DNA of 64,000 nt from Omnitrophica WOR_2 bacterium RIFOXYA2_FULL_38_17. Its GTDB lineage: Bacteria; Omnitrophota; Gorgyraeia; Zapsychrales; Zapsychraceae. The position numbers and the translations under genes were made by a program. A model generated the notes under the pieces. It worked only from the letters and a program-made list of their open reading frames with translations. It was not told the origin of the DNA and did no database searches. Position 1 is the stretch's first letter, and each line of letters starts with the position of its first letter. The stretch lies in the NCBI GenBank assembly GCA_001805965.1, contig MHHG01000028.1:9193-73192 (forward strand), written 5' to 3'. This document shows positions 27,355-36,476 of the stretch, in pieces.

Positions 27355-28932
27355 TTATTCTTCTTGTCCTTCCTTAGGAGCAGACAATTCTCTTAACCTT
27401 TGAAGATTATTATCTAGTTTTGCTGCAAGTCTTAATCTTACTAAAAAGTCATTAAAGGCCTGGTTTCTGATGTTTCCTATCAAAGTTTTTGCAAACTCCG
27501 CTTTATCTTTCTCAAATTTAGTTTTTTCAACAGGTATGTAGCTGTCTTGATGTAAAATGCAGTAGCCATTATCAATTTCAACAACGTCACTGATCTTGTT
27601 CTCATTATCTAAAAGAAATGCTGTTTCTTGGAAATCCATTGCAAGTCCAACAGTCGGAAGATATTGTCCTCTATTGAAAACCGGAGTTTGCCTGATCTCT
27701 AGCCCGAGGTTCTTTGCTGATTTTGTGAAATCTTTTAATTTGGTTTTATTAAGCTCTTCTTTTATAGCGGTCAAATGTTCTTCGGCTGTTTTCTTGGCAA
27801 TTTCTTTTGATTTGATCTGGACAAGTTCTTGAGCGACCGATTGCCTTGCTTCCTCAAAGGCTGGTATGTATGCCCCCTTCTTCTCAACAACTTTTGTTAT
27901 ATAAATTGCGTTTGGAGTTTCAAAGGGTTCGTTTATTTCTCCCGGCTTAAAATTAAAAACCATACTTAAGAATTCATAAGGCCAGCCTAAATTAAGATTC
28001 GGCTTTTCTTCGCTAAAAAATCCGCTTTTTTGTGTTTCTAAGTTGTAGTTTTTTACAATTTGGGAGAAGTTTTCAGGTTTATCCAATGACTCATAATAAA
28101 TGTCTTTTGCTTTTTCTCTCATTATGTTATTTGCTTTTTGGATCTCAGCGTTTTTATCTGAGAGGCCCGTATTCTTCTCAGCTTTTTCGGGTGATAACTC
28201 TTCATTAGGTTCAGGCTCAATTTCTTGTAGAGGCAATGTTATGAATTCAACGTTGATAGTCGAAGGTATTTGAAATTTAGTTTTGTTTTGATCGTAATAA
28301 GCTCGTGCAGTTTCCTCATTGACTGATATCTGTTTGGCAAAGTCTTGCGATAAGACAAGTATGTAGCTTATTTGCACTTTTTCATTTATTTTCTTGTAAG
28401 ATTGGAAGATCGCATCTTCGGAAGGAAATATGGATGAGGTCTCGGCATCATATAGTTTTTTAAATTGAAGGGTAGCCCTAACGCTTTCTTCAAAGTCCCT
28501 GGTTTTGATCCTTAGAACATATCTAAGGATACTGTCATATAGGGAAGGGTCAAATTTGCCGTTTCTTTGAAAGAATTCATATTCTTCAATAGCTTTGACC
28601 ACTTCAGCGTCCATAACTTTAATTCTTCTCTTTTTTGCTTCATGCAGCATGATCAGCCTGTCCCAAGTTTGTGATTCAAGGTCAAGATGTTCTCTTATAT
28701 TGTTAAAATTATCACCATATTTTATTAGTGCCTGTATAGTGACATGACTATAGACTCTCTCAAACTCTTCAAATGATATTTTCTTCCCAAAAATCTTGCC
28801 AGCATAGTTTGAAGGTCTTTGGTTGTTCAATAAGCTGGCTGTTCCGAAAAAGCCAAATGAAATGATAATTATTATTGCGATGAACCAAATGATCTTTTTT
28901 GCAACACCTTTTTTTCTTAGGATTTTTAACAT
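27355..28932 (-). CDS. Membrane-anchored periplasmic chaperone, PpiD/SurA_N-type
   Basis: MLKILRK + TM, SurA_N-like helical domain (GKFDPSLY), degenerate rotamase-like repeats. Confidence 0.8.
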   Translation of the reverse strand: MLKILRKKGVAKKIIWFIAIIIIISFGFFGTASLLNNQRPSNYAGKIFGKKISFEEFERVYSHVTIQALIKYGDNFNNIREHLDLESQTWDRLIMLHEAKKRRIKVMDAEVVKAIEEYEFFQRNGKFDPSLYDSILRYVLRIKTRDFEESVRATLQFKKLYDAETSSIFPSEDAIFQSYKKINEKVQISYILVLSQDFAKQISVNEETARAYYDQNKTKFQIPSTINVEFITLPLQEIEPEPNEELSPEKAEKNTGLSDKNAEIQKANNIMREKAKDIYYESLDKPENFSQIVKNYNLETQKSGFFSEEKPNLNLGWPYEFLSMVFNFKPGEINEPFETPNAIYITKVVEKKGAYIPAFEEARQSVAQELVQIKSKEIAKKTAEEHLTAIKEELNKTKLKDFTKSAKNLGLEIRQTPVFNRGQYLPTVGLAMDFQETAFLLDNENKISDVVEIDNGYCILHQDSYIPVEKTKFEKDKAEFAKTLIGNIRNQAFNDFLVRLRLAAKLDNNLQRLRELSAPKEGQEE

Positions 28933-29014
28933 GATTGCTCCGTTTTAAATAAACACTTGATAAATTAAATTATTCTGGTAGATTATGGCATTTAGTCTGC
29001 TTTGCGAATTGATG

Positions 29015-29043
29015 ATTATAACTATGAATGGCGGCTTTTACAA
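29015..29043 (-). promoter_or_regulatory. Sigma70-type promoter of the PpiD-like gene
   Basis: Minus strand TTGTAA-17 nt-TATAAT. Confidence 0.55.
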
Positions 29044-29121
29044 GAGAATTAATATTGAATGTGAGATCTTAGTAGGGACAAGGTAAGGCGGATAAAATAA
29101 ACTGTATTAAATATTTTGCCC

Positions 29122-29150
29122 TTTACAACGATAGGGTGCAAGGCTATAAT
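29122..29150 (+). promoter_or_regulatory. Sigma70-type promoter of hisG (divergent)
   Basis: TTTACA-17 nt-TATAAT. Confidence 0.6.
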
Positions 29151-29239
29151 ACGTTGTTCATTTGCCCGAAAATTGATTTTGTGCTTTTTTTTTGTGTCCG
29201 GAAGCTTTGTTATTAAGAGTAATTAAGAGGAATAATATA

Positions 29240-30115
29240 ATGCAAAAGTTAAAATTAGGGTTACCAAAAGGTAGTTTGCAGGAAGCAACTATAAAAGTTT
29301 TTGAAAAAGCTGGCTTTAAGATATATGTTTCCGGTCGCTCATATTTTCCGACGATAGATGATGCAGAGATTGAGCCGGTTCTTTTAAGGGCCCAGGAGAT
29401 GTCCCGTTATGTTGAAGAGAAGGCTTTGGATTGTGGAATCACTGGTGCTGACTGGGTTTTGGAAAATGGTTCAAAGGTTGTTTCTTTGGCGGATTTAGTT
29501 TATGCAAAACAGTCAGCTGTTAAAGTTAGATGGGTTTTGGCAGTGCCAGAAAAATCATCGATCAAAACAGTTAAGGATTTGCAGGGTAAAAAAATAGCCA
29601 CTGAAATCGTTCATGTTACAAAGAAATATCTAAAAAAGAATAATGTAAAGGCAGAAGTTGAATTCAGCTGGGGTGCTACAGAAGCTAAAGTTGCTGATGG
29701 ATTAGTTGATGCAGTTGTTGAGCTAACTGAAACAGGCAGCAGCCTGAGAGCGCATAAACTAAGGATAGTTGCAACTATTTGCGAATCTACAACGCAGTTT
29801 ATTACCAACAATGAATCGCTGAAAGACCCTTGGAAAAAGGCTAAGATGGAACAGATCGTCATGCTTTTAGAAGGGGCGATAATTGCTAGTCATATGGTTG
29901 GGTTGAAGATGAATGTTGAAGAGAAGAATTTTGAAGAGATAAGGGAAATTTTACCGTCTTTAAAAGAACCGACCATTTCAGCGTTAAGCAGGGAAGATTG
30001 GATCGCAGTTGAAACTGTGATTGAAGAAGGTACTGCAAGGATATTAATACCCCAGTTGAAGAAAGCTGGAGCACAAGGTATAGTTGAGTATCCTTTAAAT
30101 AAAGTTATATATTAA
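29240..30115 (+). CDS. hisG: ATP phosphoribosyltransferase, long form
   Basis: LPKGSL, DCGITG, GATE, ETGSSL, C-terminal regulatory domain PTIS; ATG 29240 after AGAGGA. Confidence 0.95.
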   Translation: MQKLKLGLPKGSLQEATIKVFEKAGFKIYVSGRSYFPTIDDAEIEPVLLRAQEMSRYVEEKALDCGITGADWVLENGSKVVSLADLVYAKQSAVKVRWVLAVPEKSSIKTVKDLQGKKIATEIVHVTKKYLKKNNVKAEVEFSWGATEAKVADGLVDAVVELTETGSSLRAHKLRIVATICESTTQFITNNESLKDPWKKAKMEQIVMLLEGAIIASHMVGLKMNVEEKNFEEIREILPSLKEPTISALSREDWIAVETVIEEGTARILIPQLKKAGAQGIVEYPLNKVIY

Positions 30116-30142
30116 TCTATTAAACCGATAGGGTGACGTTTT

Positions 30143-30244
30143 ATGCCGTGTGGTAAAAAAAGAAAAAATCGCAAAATAAGAACGCATAAAAGAAAGAAAT
30201 TAAGAAAAGCTCTAAGGCATCTTAAAAAGCGTAAGACTCGATAG
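30143..30244 (+). CDS. 33-aa AURKAIP1/COX24-type (bS22/mS38-like) basic peptide, probable ribosomal protein (not in the ORF track)
   Basis: MPCGKKRKNRKIRTHKRKKLRKALRHLKKRKTR fits the GKKRK...HKRKK...RH pattern; AGGGTG SD. Confidence 0.8.
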   Translation: MPCGKKRKNRKIRTHKRKKLRKALRHLKKRKTR

Positions 30245-30281
30245 ACTTCTGTGTAGTATACTTATAAAAGAGGTTAAAAAT

Positions 30282-31313
30282 ATGGGGCGTTGTATTTTGA
30301 AAGCTCCTTTAAAGTCTTTTTTCAGGAGCGATATAAAATTTAGCTGTCTTGTTTTTTTGGTGGCTCTTTTCTTTGCGCCAAATGTTACAGATGCCTTTGC
30401 ATTTCAAGAGAGGGTATCTACAGCAAGAGGCCTGTCTCATTATGCAGTCGGTCAAATGTATGATTTATTGGGGCTTACAGAAAACGCGATTCTTGAATAT
30501 GAAAAAGCCTCCCAGTTTGACGATACTAGTTATCTGATCCATCTAAGATTGGGTACTGATTATGCTAGGCTTGGAATGTTAGCAGAATCAATAAGAGAGT
30601 TGACGCTTGTTAATCATCTTAATCAAAGCGAGCTGCAGTCTCATTATTTACTGGCTCTTATTTATTCTAATATAAAAGAATATGACAAAGCAGCGCAAGA
30701 GTATGAGTATATTTTAAAGACTTTTTCAAGTGCCGAACCTCAAAACATTGAGATTTACGGATACCTTGGACAGCTTTATTATTCTCAGAGAAAATTTGAT
30801 AGAGCAATTGAACAATTTGAAAACATCTTGGCGGTTGAGCCTTCAAATCCTGATATTATGTATTTGTTGGGTTCTCTTTATTTAGAAGCTGGTTATTATC
30901 AAAAAGGTGTTGATATTTTCAAAGTTGCCATTGAAATTGATCCTCAACATGATGGATGCCTTAATTCGCTTGCTTATGTTTATGCGGAAAACAAAGAGAA
31001 TTTGACGGAAGCTTTGGATCTAATAAATCGTGCACTTGAAATTAGCCCAAATAATGGAGCATATTTTGATACATTAGGCTGGATATATTTCAAGAAAGGT
31101 GATTATCAAAAGTCGTTAGATTCTCTAATTAAAGCAGATTCTGTCATGGAAGATCCTGTGATTTATGATCATATTGGTGATGTTTATTTTGTAATGAATA
31201 ATGTTGATGAAGCTTTAAAGTATTGGAAACTGTCATTGGACCTTTTGCCGGGCCAGGAAAAAGTTTCCCAAAAGATAGATAAGGTTAATAATGAGCAGGC
31301 CAGCAAGCAATAG
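30282..31313 (+). CDS. Exported TPR repeat protein
   Basis: Signal-like segment, about 8 TPRs, LNSLAY and DTLGW motifs; lies directly upstream of ispE. Confidence 0.85.
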   Translation: MGRCILKAPLKSFFRSDIKFSCLVFLVALFFAPNVTDAFAFQERVSTARGLSHYAVGQMYDLLGLTENAILEYEKASQFDDTSYLIHLRLGTDYARLGMLAESIRELTLVNHLNQSELQSHYLLALIYSNIKEYDKAAQEYEYILKTFSSAEPQNIEIYGYLGQLYYSQRKFDRAIEQFENILAVEPSNPDIMYLLGSLYLEAGYYQKGVDIFKVAIEIDPQHDGCLNSLAYVYAENKENLTEALDLINRALEISPNNGAYFDTLGWIYFKKGDYQKSLDSLIKADSVMEDPVIYDHIGDVYFVMNNVDEALKYWKLSLDLLPGQEKVSQKIDKVNNEQASKQ

Positions 31314-31363
31314 ATGGTCGGATATTTTACGATAGCAATATTCTGTTTTAAATAAATCAGCTT

Positions 31364-32221
31364 ATGAGCGAAATTACACTTCAATCTCCCGCCAAATTAA
31401 ATCTATATCTTAAAGTTATTAATAAGAGACCAGATGGATTTCATAATATAGTTACTTTGTTTGAACGTATTGATTTATTTGATGATCTTTCTTTTTGTTC
31501 TAAACAAAATGAAGGAATAAAAATATTTTGTGATCATCCACATGTTCCGATTGGGCCTAAAAACCTTGTTTATAAAGCAGCAAAAATGTTAAAAGAGGAT
31601 TTTAAGGTAAAGGGAGGGGTGGAAATTCGAATAAACAAGCGCATTCCTGTTGCCGCAGGGTTAGCTGGCGGGTCTAGTAATGGGGCAACGGCTCTTATGG
31701 GTTTAAATAAAGTTTGGAAATTAGGCTTGAGCAGGGAAAAGCTATTGCCATATGCTCGTCGCCTTGGTAGCGATGTGGCTTTTTTTCTTTATAACTGCAG
31801 TTGGGGGTTAGGAACGTCAAGGGGGGATGAAATAGAAGGCTTAAAATTAAAGGCAAAATTGTGGCATATTTTGGTGGTGCCGCGCATTAAAATATATTCC
31901 CGCGACGTATATAGTAGGCATAAATTGCAGTTGACAAAGAGAAATGATAATGTTAATATCCTTATCCGTAATTTAAGTAATGGCAATATATTAGGTCTGG
32001 GAAGTTTATTGTCAAATGACTTAGAGATAGATGTTGTAAAGATTTGCCCGAAGTTGTTGGATTTAAAAGAGAAGCTAAAGTCCTTTAATTCTCTAGGGGT
32101 TATGGTTTCTGGCAGTGGTCCATCAGTTTTTGGGGTAACTGCAACAAAAAAAGAAGCCCAAGAAATTGCCAAGAGCTTATCTAAGCGATTTTCTCAGGTG
32201 TTTGTTGTTAGGACTCTTTGA
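31364..32221 (+). CDS. ispE: 4-(cytidine 5'-diphospho)-2-C-methyl-D-erythritol kinase
   Basis: PAKLNLYL, IPVAAGLAGGSSN, GSDV, SGSGP. Confidence 0.96.
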   Translation: MSEITLQSPAKLNLYLKVINKRPDGFHNIVTLFERIDLFDDLSFCSKQNEGIKIFCDHPHVPIGPKNLVYKAAKMLKEDFKVKGGVEIRINKRIPVAAGLAGGSSNGATALMGLNKVWKLGLSREKLLPYARRLGSDVAFFLYNCSWGLGTSRGDEIEGLKLKAKLWHILVVPRIKIYSRDVYSRHKLQLTKRNDNVNILIRNLSNGNILGLGSLLSNDLEIDVVKICPKLLDLKEKLKSFNSLGVMVSGSGPSVFGVTATKKEAQEIAKSLSKRFSQVFVVRTL

Positions 32222-32263
32222 TAAATTAGATGTATATTTCATATATGTTAATCTTGTTTTTGA

Positions 32264-32293
32264 AAACTTTCTTTGGCTGTAACAAGAAAGTTT
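32264..32293. repeat. 10-bp inverted repeat upstream of spoVG
   Basis: AAACTTTCTT-10 nt-AAGAAAGTTT, directly followed by TATAAT. Confidence 0.5.
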
Positions 32294-32336
32294 ATAATAA
32301 TCAAGTACGCATCTAAGGAAAGTGAGGAGCTTAGAG

Positions 32337-32705
32337 ATGGAAATCACAGAAATCCGAGTATTTCCAAAAGAGGGTCAAGACAAAAAATTAAAGGCATACA
32401 CAACCGTTACTTTTGATGACTCATTTGTTGTAAGAAATATCAAAGTAATACAGGGTTCAACTGGTTTATTTATAGCAATGCCTTCACGAAAAATGAAAAG
32501 CTCTTGCTCTAAGTGTAATTTTAAAAACGAGGTTGGAGCAAAGTTTTGTAATCATTGCGGAGTTGCTGTTCAACCGGTAAGCAATGAAGAGATTGCAGCG
32601 GATGCAAAATCTGAACATCGGGATATTGCACATCCTATAACACAGAAATTTCGCGAATATCTGCAGAATATGGTTTTAGAGGCATACAAAAAAGAAGTTG
32701 GATAA
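32337..32705 (+). CDS. spoVG: SpoVG family nucleic-acid-binding protein with zinc-ribbon insertion
   Basis: MEITEIR, LKAY, FIAMPSRK, DIAHPI; insert CSKC-x10-CNHC. Confidence 0.92.
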   Translation: MEITEIRVFPKEGQDKKLKAYTTVTFDDSFVVRNIKVIQGSTGLFIAMPSRKMKSSCSKCNFKNEVGAKFCNHCGVAVQPVSNEEIAADAKSEHRDIAHPITQKFREYLQNMVLEAYKKEVG

Positions 32706-32784
32706 TAATTATTTCAATACCAGGTTCTTCGTATTTTTCTAAAAAACATTCTTAGAGGTTGGCTTATAGTTCCGGTAACATGGT

Positions 32785-32813
32785 TTTACAATAGCAATTC
32801 TATTTAATATACT
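32785..32813 (+). promoter_or_regulatory. Sigma70-type promoter of tRNA-Gln and the glmU-prs genes
   Basis: TTTACA-17 nt-TATACT, 15 nt before the tRNA. Confidence 0.6.
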
Positions 32814-32828
32814 TTTTTTAAAAGACTT

Positions 32829-32899
32829 TGCCCGGTGGTGTAATGGCAACACACAAGAATTTGGATCTTGTTTTCCAGGTTCGAGCCCTGGCTGGGCAG
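32829..32899 (+). tRNA. tRNA-Gln (anticodon TTG), CCA not encoded
   Basis: Full cloverleaf: TGCCCGG/CTGGGCA, GTGT/ACAC, CAAGA/TCTTG with loop ATTTGGA, CCAGG-TTCGAGC-CCTGG. Confidence 0.96.
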
Positions 32900-32952
32900 T
32901 ATATTTAATATGTTCTATCGTTTTTATGTTAGAACTTAATTTAATTTGACTT

Positions 32953-34215
32953 ATGCAAGATCTCAGGACGATCATATTAGCCGCTGGAAAAGGAACTAGA
33001 ATGAAATCTAGTATTCCTAAAGTGTTGCATGAGGTTTGCGGCAAACCAATTATCCAGTATGTTTTGGATATAGTCAAATCTATAGGTTCATTGAAAACAT
33101 ATATTGTTCTTGGTCACAAAAGTAATTTGGTACAAAATTATTTACCAAAGGACAAAATCATTATTGAGCAAAAGAAGCTTCTTGGTACGGCTGATGCTGT
33201 TAAATGCACGGCAAATTATTTTCGCTCTTATAGCGGGAATGTTCTGATTTTATGTGGAGATACGCCGCTTCTGAACAAGAATGTAATTAGAAGCATTGTT
33301 AGGAGGCATAAAAGGTCTAAAGCAGTATGCACGTTTTTAACTGCGGTTGTCCATGATCCACAAGGGTATGGACGTATAATACGTGATGAATCTCAAAAAG
33401 TTGTTGCTATTCGAGAAGAAAAAGATGCGGTAGGCTTTGAGAAAGATATTGCTGAGATAAATGTTGGGGTTTATTGTTTTAAAAGTCAAGAATTGTTTAA
33501 AGCGATAAAAGATGTGAAGCCTAATAACAAGAAAAATGAATATTATTTGACGGACATTATTGAGCTGTTCTTTTTAAAAGGATGTAAGATTGAAACTGTT
33601 GAAACTGATGATCCGTTTGAAGGGCTTGGAGTTAATTCCAGGGAGGATCTTGCTTTGGCTGAGGAGGTAATACGGCATAAGATTTTAAGAAAAATTATGT
33701 CGCAAGGTGTTACAGTTGTTGACCCAAACACTACATATATTGATGCTAATGTAAAGATAGGAAAAGATACAACGATCAGGCCGTTTACTTATATTGAAAA
33801 GAACGTTAGGATTGGTGAGCACTGTATTATAGGGCCTTTTGCAAGAATAAGAGTTGATACAAAAATTGGAAATAATGTTGATGTTGGTAATTTTACTGAG
33901 ATCTCACGTTCCAAAATAGGTTCTAACTGTTTTATGAAGCATTTTAGTTATTTAGGCGATACATTTGTTGGGTCCCATGTCAATATCGGTGCAGGTATGG
34001 TCACAGCAAATTTTGATGGCAAGCAGAAACATATATCTAGGATAGCTGATCATGCTTTTATTGGTTCTAACTCAACATTAATTTCTCCAGTGAGGATAGG
34101 CAAAAAAGCAGTTGTTGGAGCAGGCAGTGTGGTTACCAGGGGGAAAGTTGTTCCTGATGGTAGGGTTGTTGTCGGTGTCCCAGCAAAAATAGTTGAGAAG
34201 AAAGAAGAGAAATGA
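32953..34215 (+). CDS. glmU: Bifunctional UDP-GlcNAc pyrophosphorylase / GlcN-1-P acetyltransferase
   Basis: LAAGKGTRMKS, GYGRI, EYYLTD, hexapeptide repeats, HFSYLGD, NIGAG, NFDG. Confidence 0.93.
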   Translation: MQDLRTIILAAGKGTRMKSSIPKVLHEVCGKPIIQYVLDIVKSIGSLKTYIVLGHKSNLVQNYLPKDKIIIEQKKLLGTADAVKCTANYFRSYSGNVLILCGDTPLLNKNVIRSIVRRHKRSKAVCTFLTAVVHDPQGYGRIIRDESQKVVAIREEKDAVGFEKDIAEINVGVYCFKSQELFKAIKDVKPNNKKNEYYLTDIIELFFLKGCKIETVETDDPFEGLGVNSREDLALAEEVIRHKILRKIMSQGVTVVDPNTTYIDANVKIGKDTTIRPFTYIEKNVRIGEHCIIGPFARIRVDTKIGNNVDVGNFTEISRSKIGSNCFMKHFSYLGDTFVGSHVNIGAGMVTANFDGKQKHISRIADHAFIGSNSTLISPVRIGKKAVVGAGSVVTRGKVVPDGRVVVGVPAKIVEKKEEK

Positions 34216-35153
34216 AAATAATATCAGGGAATGCAAATATTGATTTAGCTGAGAAGATTTGTAAACATTTGAATATACCTTTAACAAGGGTTTTAGTTTC
34301 TCGTTTTAGTGAAGGTGAAATAAGGGTTAAGATTGAAGAAAATATTAGGGGGAAAGACCTTTTTATTATTCAGCCAACTTGTCCACCAACTAATGAAAAT
34401 ATAATGGAGCTTTTGATACTTATGGATGCGGCAAGAAGGGCGTCTGCAAAAAGGATTACAGCAGTAGTTCCTTATTACGGTTATGCGAGGCAAGACCGCA
34501 AGGATCAGCCAAGAGTTCCTATTACAGCAAAATTAGTCGCTAATCTTATGGTTGCAGCAGGGGCTGAAAGAGTTTTGACGATGGACTTACATGCAAACCA
34601 GATTCAAGGATTCTTTGATATACCAGTTGATCATTTATATTGCATTAATGCGCTTTGTGATTATTTTCAAGAGAAGAATCTTAAGAATATGGTTGTTGTG
34701 TCTCCTGATGTCGGAGGGACTAAAATGGCAAGAGCTTATGCAAAGAGGCTCAATGCAGGTTTGGCTATTGTTGACAAGAGGAGAGAAAGCCCGGAGAAGA
34801 CAGAGGTCATGCATATTCTTGGACGCGTAAAGGGAAAGAGTGCCGTTATTGTTGATGATATAGTTGCGACGGCAGGATCTTTAGTCGAGGCTGCCGAGGC
34901 TTTGGAGAAAAAGGGTGTTAAAGAAGTTTATGCGGCTATGAGCCACGGAATTCTTTCTGGCAAGGCAATTGAAAGAATCAGGGATTGTAGTGTAATAAAG
35001 GAAGTGTTGATAACTGATACTATTCCTTTGGATCAATCAAAAAGGATCAATAAGATCAAGGTTGTATCTGTAGGCTCGATACTTGCTGATGCCATACAGA
35101 GAATTCATGACGAAGAATCAATAAGTTGTTTGTTTGATGGAACAACAAGATAA
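34212..35153 (+). CDS. prs: Ribose-phosphate pyrophosphokinase
   Basis: YARQDRK, DLHA, SPDVGG, VDDIVATAGS. Confidence 0.97.
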   Translation: MKIISGNANIDLAEKICKHLNIPLTRVLVSRFSEGEIRVKIEENIRGKDLFIIQPTCPPTNENIMELLILMDAARRASAKRITAVVPYYGYARQDRKDQPRVPITAKLVANLMVAAGAERVLTMDLHANQIQGFFDIPVDHLYCINALCDYFQEKNLKNMVVVSPDVGGTKMARAYAKRLNAGLAIVDKRRESPEKTEVMHILGRVKGKSAVIVDDIVATAGSLVEAAEALEKKGVKEVYAAMSHGILSGKAIERIRDCSVIKEVLITDTIPLDQSKRINKIKVVSVGSILADAIQRIHDEESISCLFDGTTR

Positions 35154-35177
35154 GAAAAGAAGAGGCGGTTACTTAAA

Positions 35178-35855
35178 ATGGAAGAAATCAAATTAGATGT
35201 TCAATTAAGAGATAGGGTTGGAACAAGAAAAATAAAAAGTATCAGGAGAGCTGATGCAGTTCCGGCTGTAGTTTATGGCGGTGGAAAAGAAGTAACAACG
35301 ATAAAGCTGGATCGACGAACATATGAAAAAATTATGCGCCATCATCAAGGGCAAAGTGTTCTTTTTCATTTAAACGTTATGGAAGGCGATAAAAGCTTGA
35401 AGGATTGTTCTGTTATTGTTAAGGAAGAGCAGCATGATCCTGTTACAGACAAGTTGCTTCATATTGACTTCAAGCAGATTTCTTTAACAGAAGAGATTGA
35501 GGTTACAGTCCCTATTGAAGCGAAAGGTGATGCAGATGGTGTTAAGAATGGTGGCGGTTCTTTGGATCATGCAATGTGGGAATTGGATATTATTTGTTTG
35601 CCGATGAATATACCAGAAAAGATCCAAGTAAATGTTACTAGCTTAAAAATTGGCGATGCTATTCATGTAAAAGACATTGTTTTGCCTCAAGGCATCAGAA
35701 CGAAGCATGACCTAGAAGCGATAGTTTTTGCTGTTTTTCCTCCAATGCGAGAAGAAATTGAAGTCGCAGAAGAGGAAGCTCCTTCAGAGCCTGAAGTATT
35801 AAAAGAGAAGAAAGTTAAAGAAGAGGCTAAAGCAGACGTAAAAACTGAGAAATAA
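35178..35855 (+). CDS. rplY: 50S ribosomal protein bL25, long Ctc form
   Basis: PAVVYG, HIDF, GVKNGG, acidic tail. Confidence 0.95.
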   Translation: MEEIKLDVQLRDRVGTRKIKSIRRADAVPAVVYGGGKEVTTIKLDRRTYEKIMRHHQGQSVLFHLNVMEGDKSLKDCSVIVKEEQHDPVTDKLLHIDFKQISLTEEIEVTVPIEAKGDADGVKNGGGSLDHAMWELDIICLPMNIPEKIQVNVTSLKIGDAIHVKDIVLPQGIRTKHDLEAIVFAVFPPMREEIEVAEEEAPSEPEVLKEKKVKEEAKADVKTEK

Positions 35856-35869
35856 GGGTATTATATAAA

Positions 35870-36451
35870 GTGAAACTCATAGTGGGTTTAGGTAATCCTG
35901 GCAAGGATTACGAATATACGCGGCACAATCTTGGGTTTCTTGTCGTAAAACATTTGGCTGAAAGGTTAAATGTCGGATGGAAATTAAGCTCTTTTACAAA
36001 TGGTTTAACAGCAGAAGGAAATTATCGGGGTAATGGTTTTTGCTTGTTTCTGCCGTTAACATATATGAACAAATCAGGAGGAGCGGTCAAGCAGATCATT
36101 GAAACAAAAGAATTCCTTTTAGATGAATCTTTAATTGTTTGTGATGATCTAAATCTTGATTTTGAGCAAATACGAATAAGACCAAAAGGAAGCGATGGCG
36201 GACACAATGGCTTGGATTCTATAATCCAGTATTTGTGCACTGACGAGTTTCCACGTTTGAGGATGGGTATTGGCCATCCAGGCAATAAAGTCGATGTTGT
36301 TGATTATGTTCTCGAAGAGTTCAGCAAAAGCGAAAAAAATAATCTAGAAGATTTTATTGGCAAATCTGCGGATTGCTGTCTTATTTGGTTAGATGAGGGG
36401 ATTGGAAAAGCGATGGAAAGGTTTAATGGAAAGAGTTTTTCACAAGAATAG
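35870..36451 (+). CDS. pth: Peptidyl-tRNA hydrolase
   Basis: GLGNPG, TRHNLG, TYMN, GGHNGL. Confidence 0.97.
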   Translation: MKLIVGLGNPGKDYEYTRHNLGFLVVKHLAERLNVGWKLSSFTNGLTAEGNYRGNGFCLFLPLTYMNKSGGAVKQIIETKEFLLDESLIVCDDLNLDFEQIRIRPKGSDGGHNGLDSIIQYLCTDEFPRLRMGIGHPGNKVDVVDYVLEEFSKSEKNNLEDFIGKSADCCLIWLDEGIGKAMERFNGKSFSQE

Positions 36452-36476
36452 TGAGAGTATGTAGAAAGGGAGTAAA

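Noticed and set aside
28986-29001. Sigma54-like TGGCA-N7-TGCT in the ppiD/hisG spacer
   Set aside because: Spacing fits but the match is imperfect, it lies about 240 nt from hisG, and good sigma70 promoters already explain both directions
29151-29239. His attenuator or riboswitch in the hisG leader
   Set aside because: No His-rich leader ORF and no convincing stem before the T run
32739-33077. 112-aa minus-strand ORF
   Set aside because: Spans the antisense of tRNA-Gln and glmU; spurious
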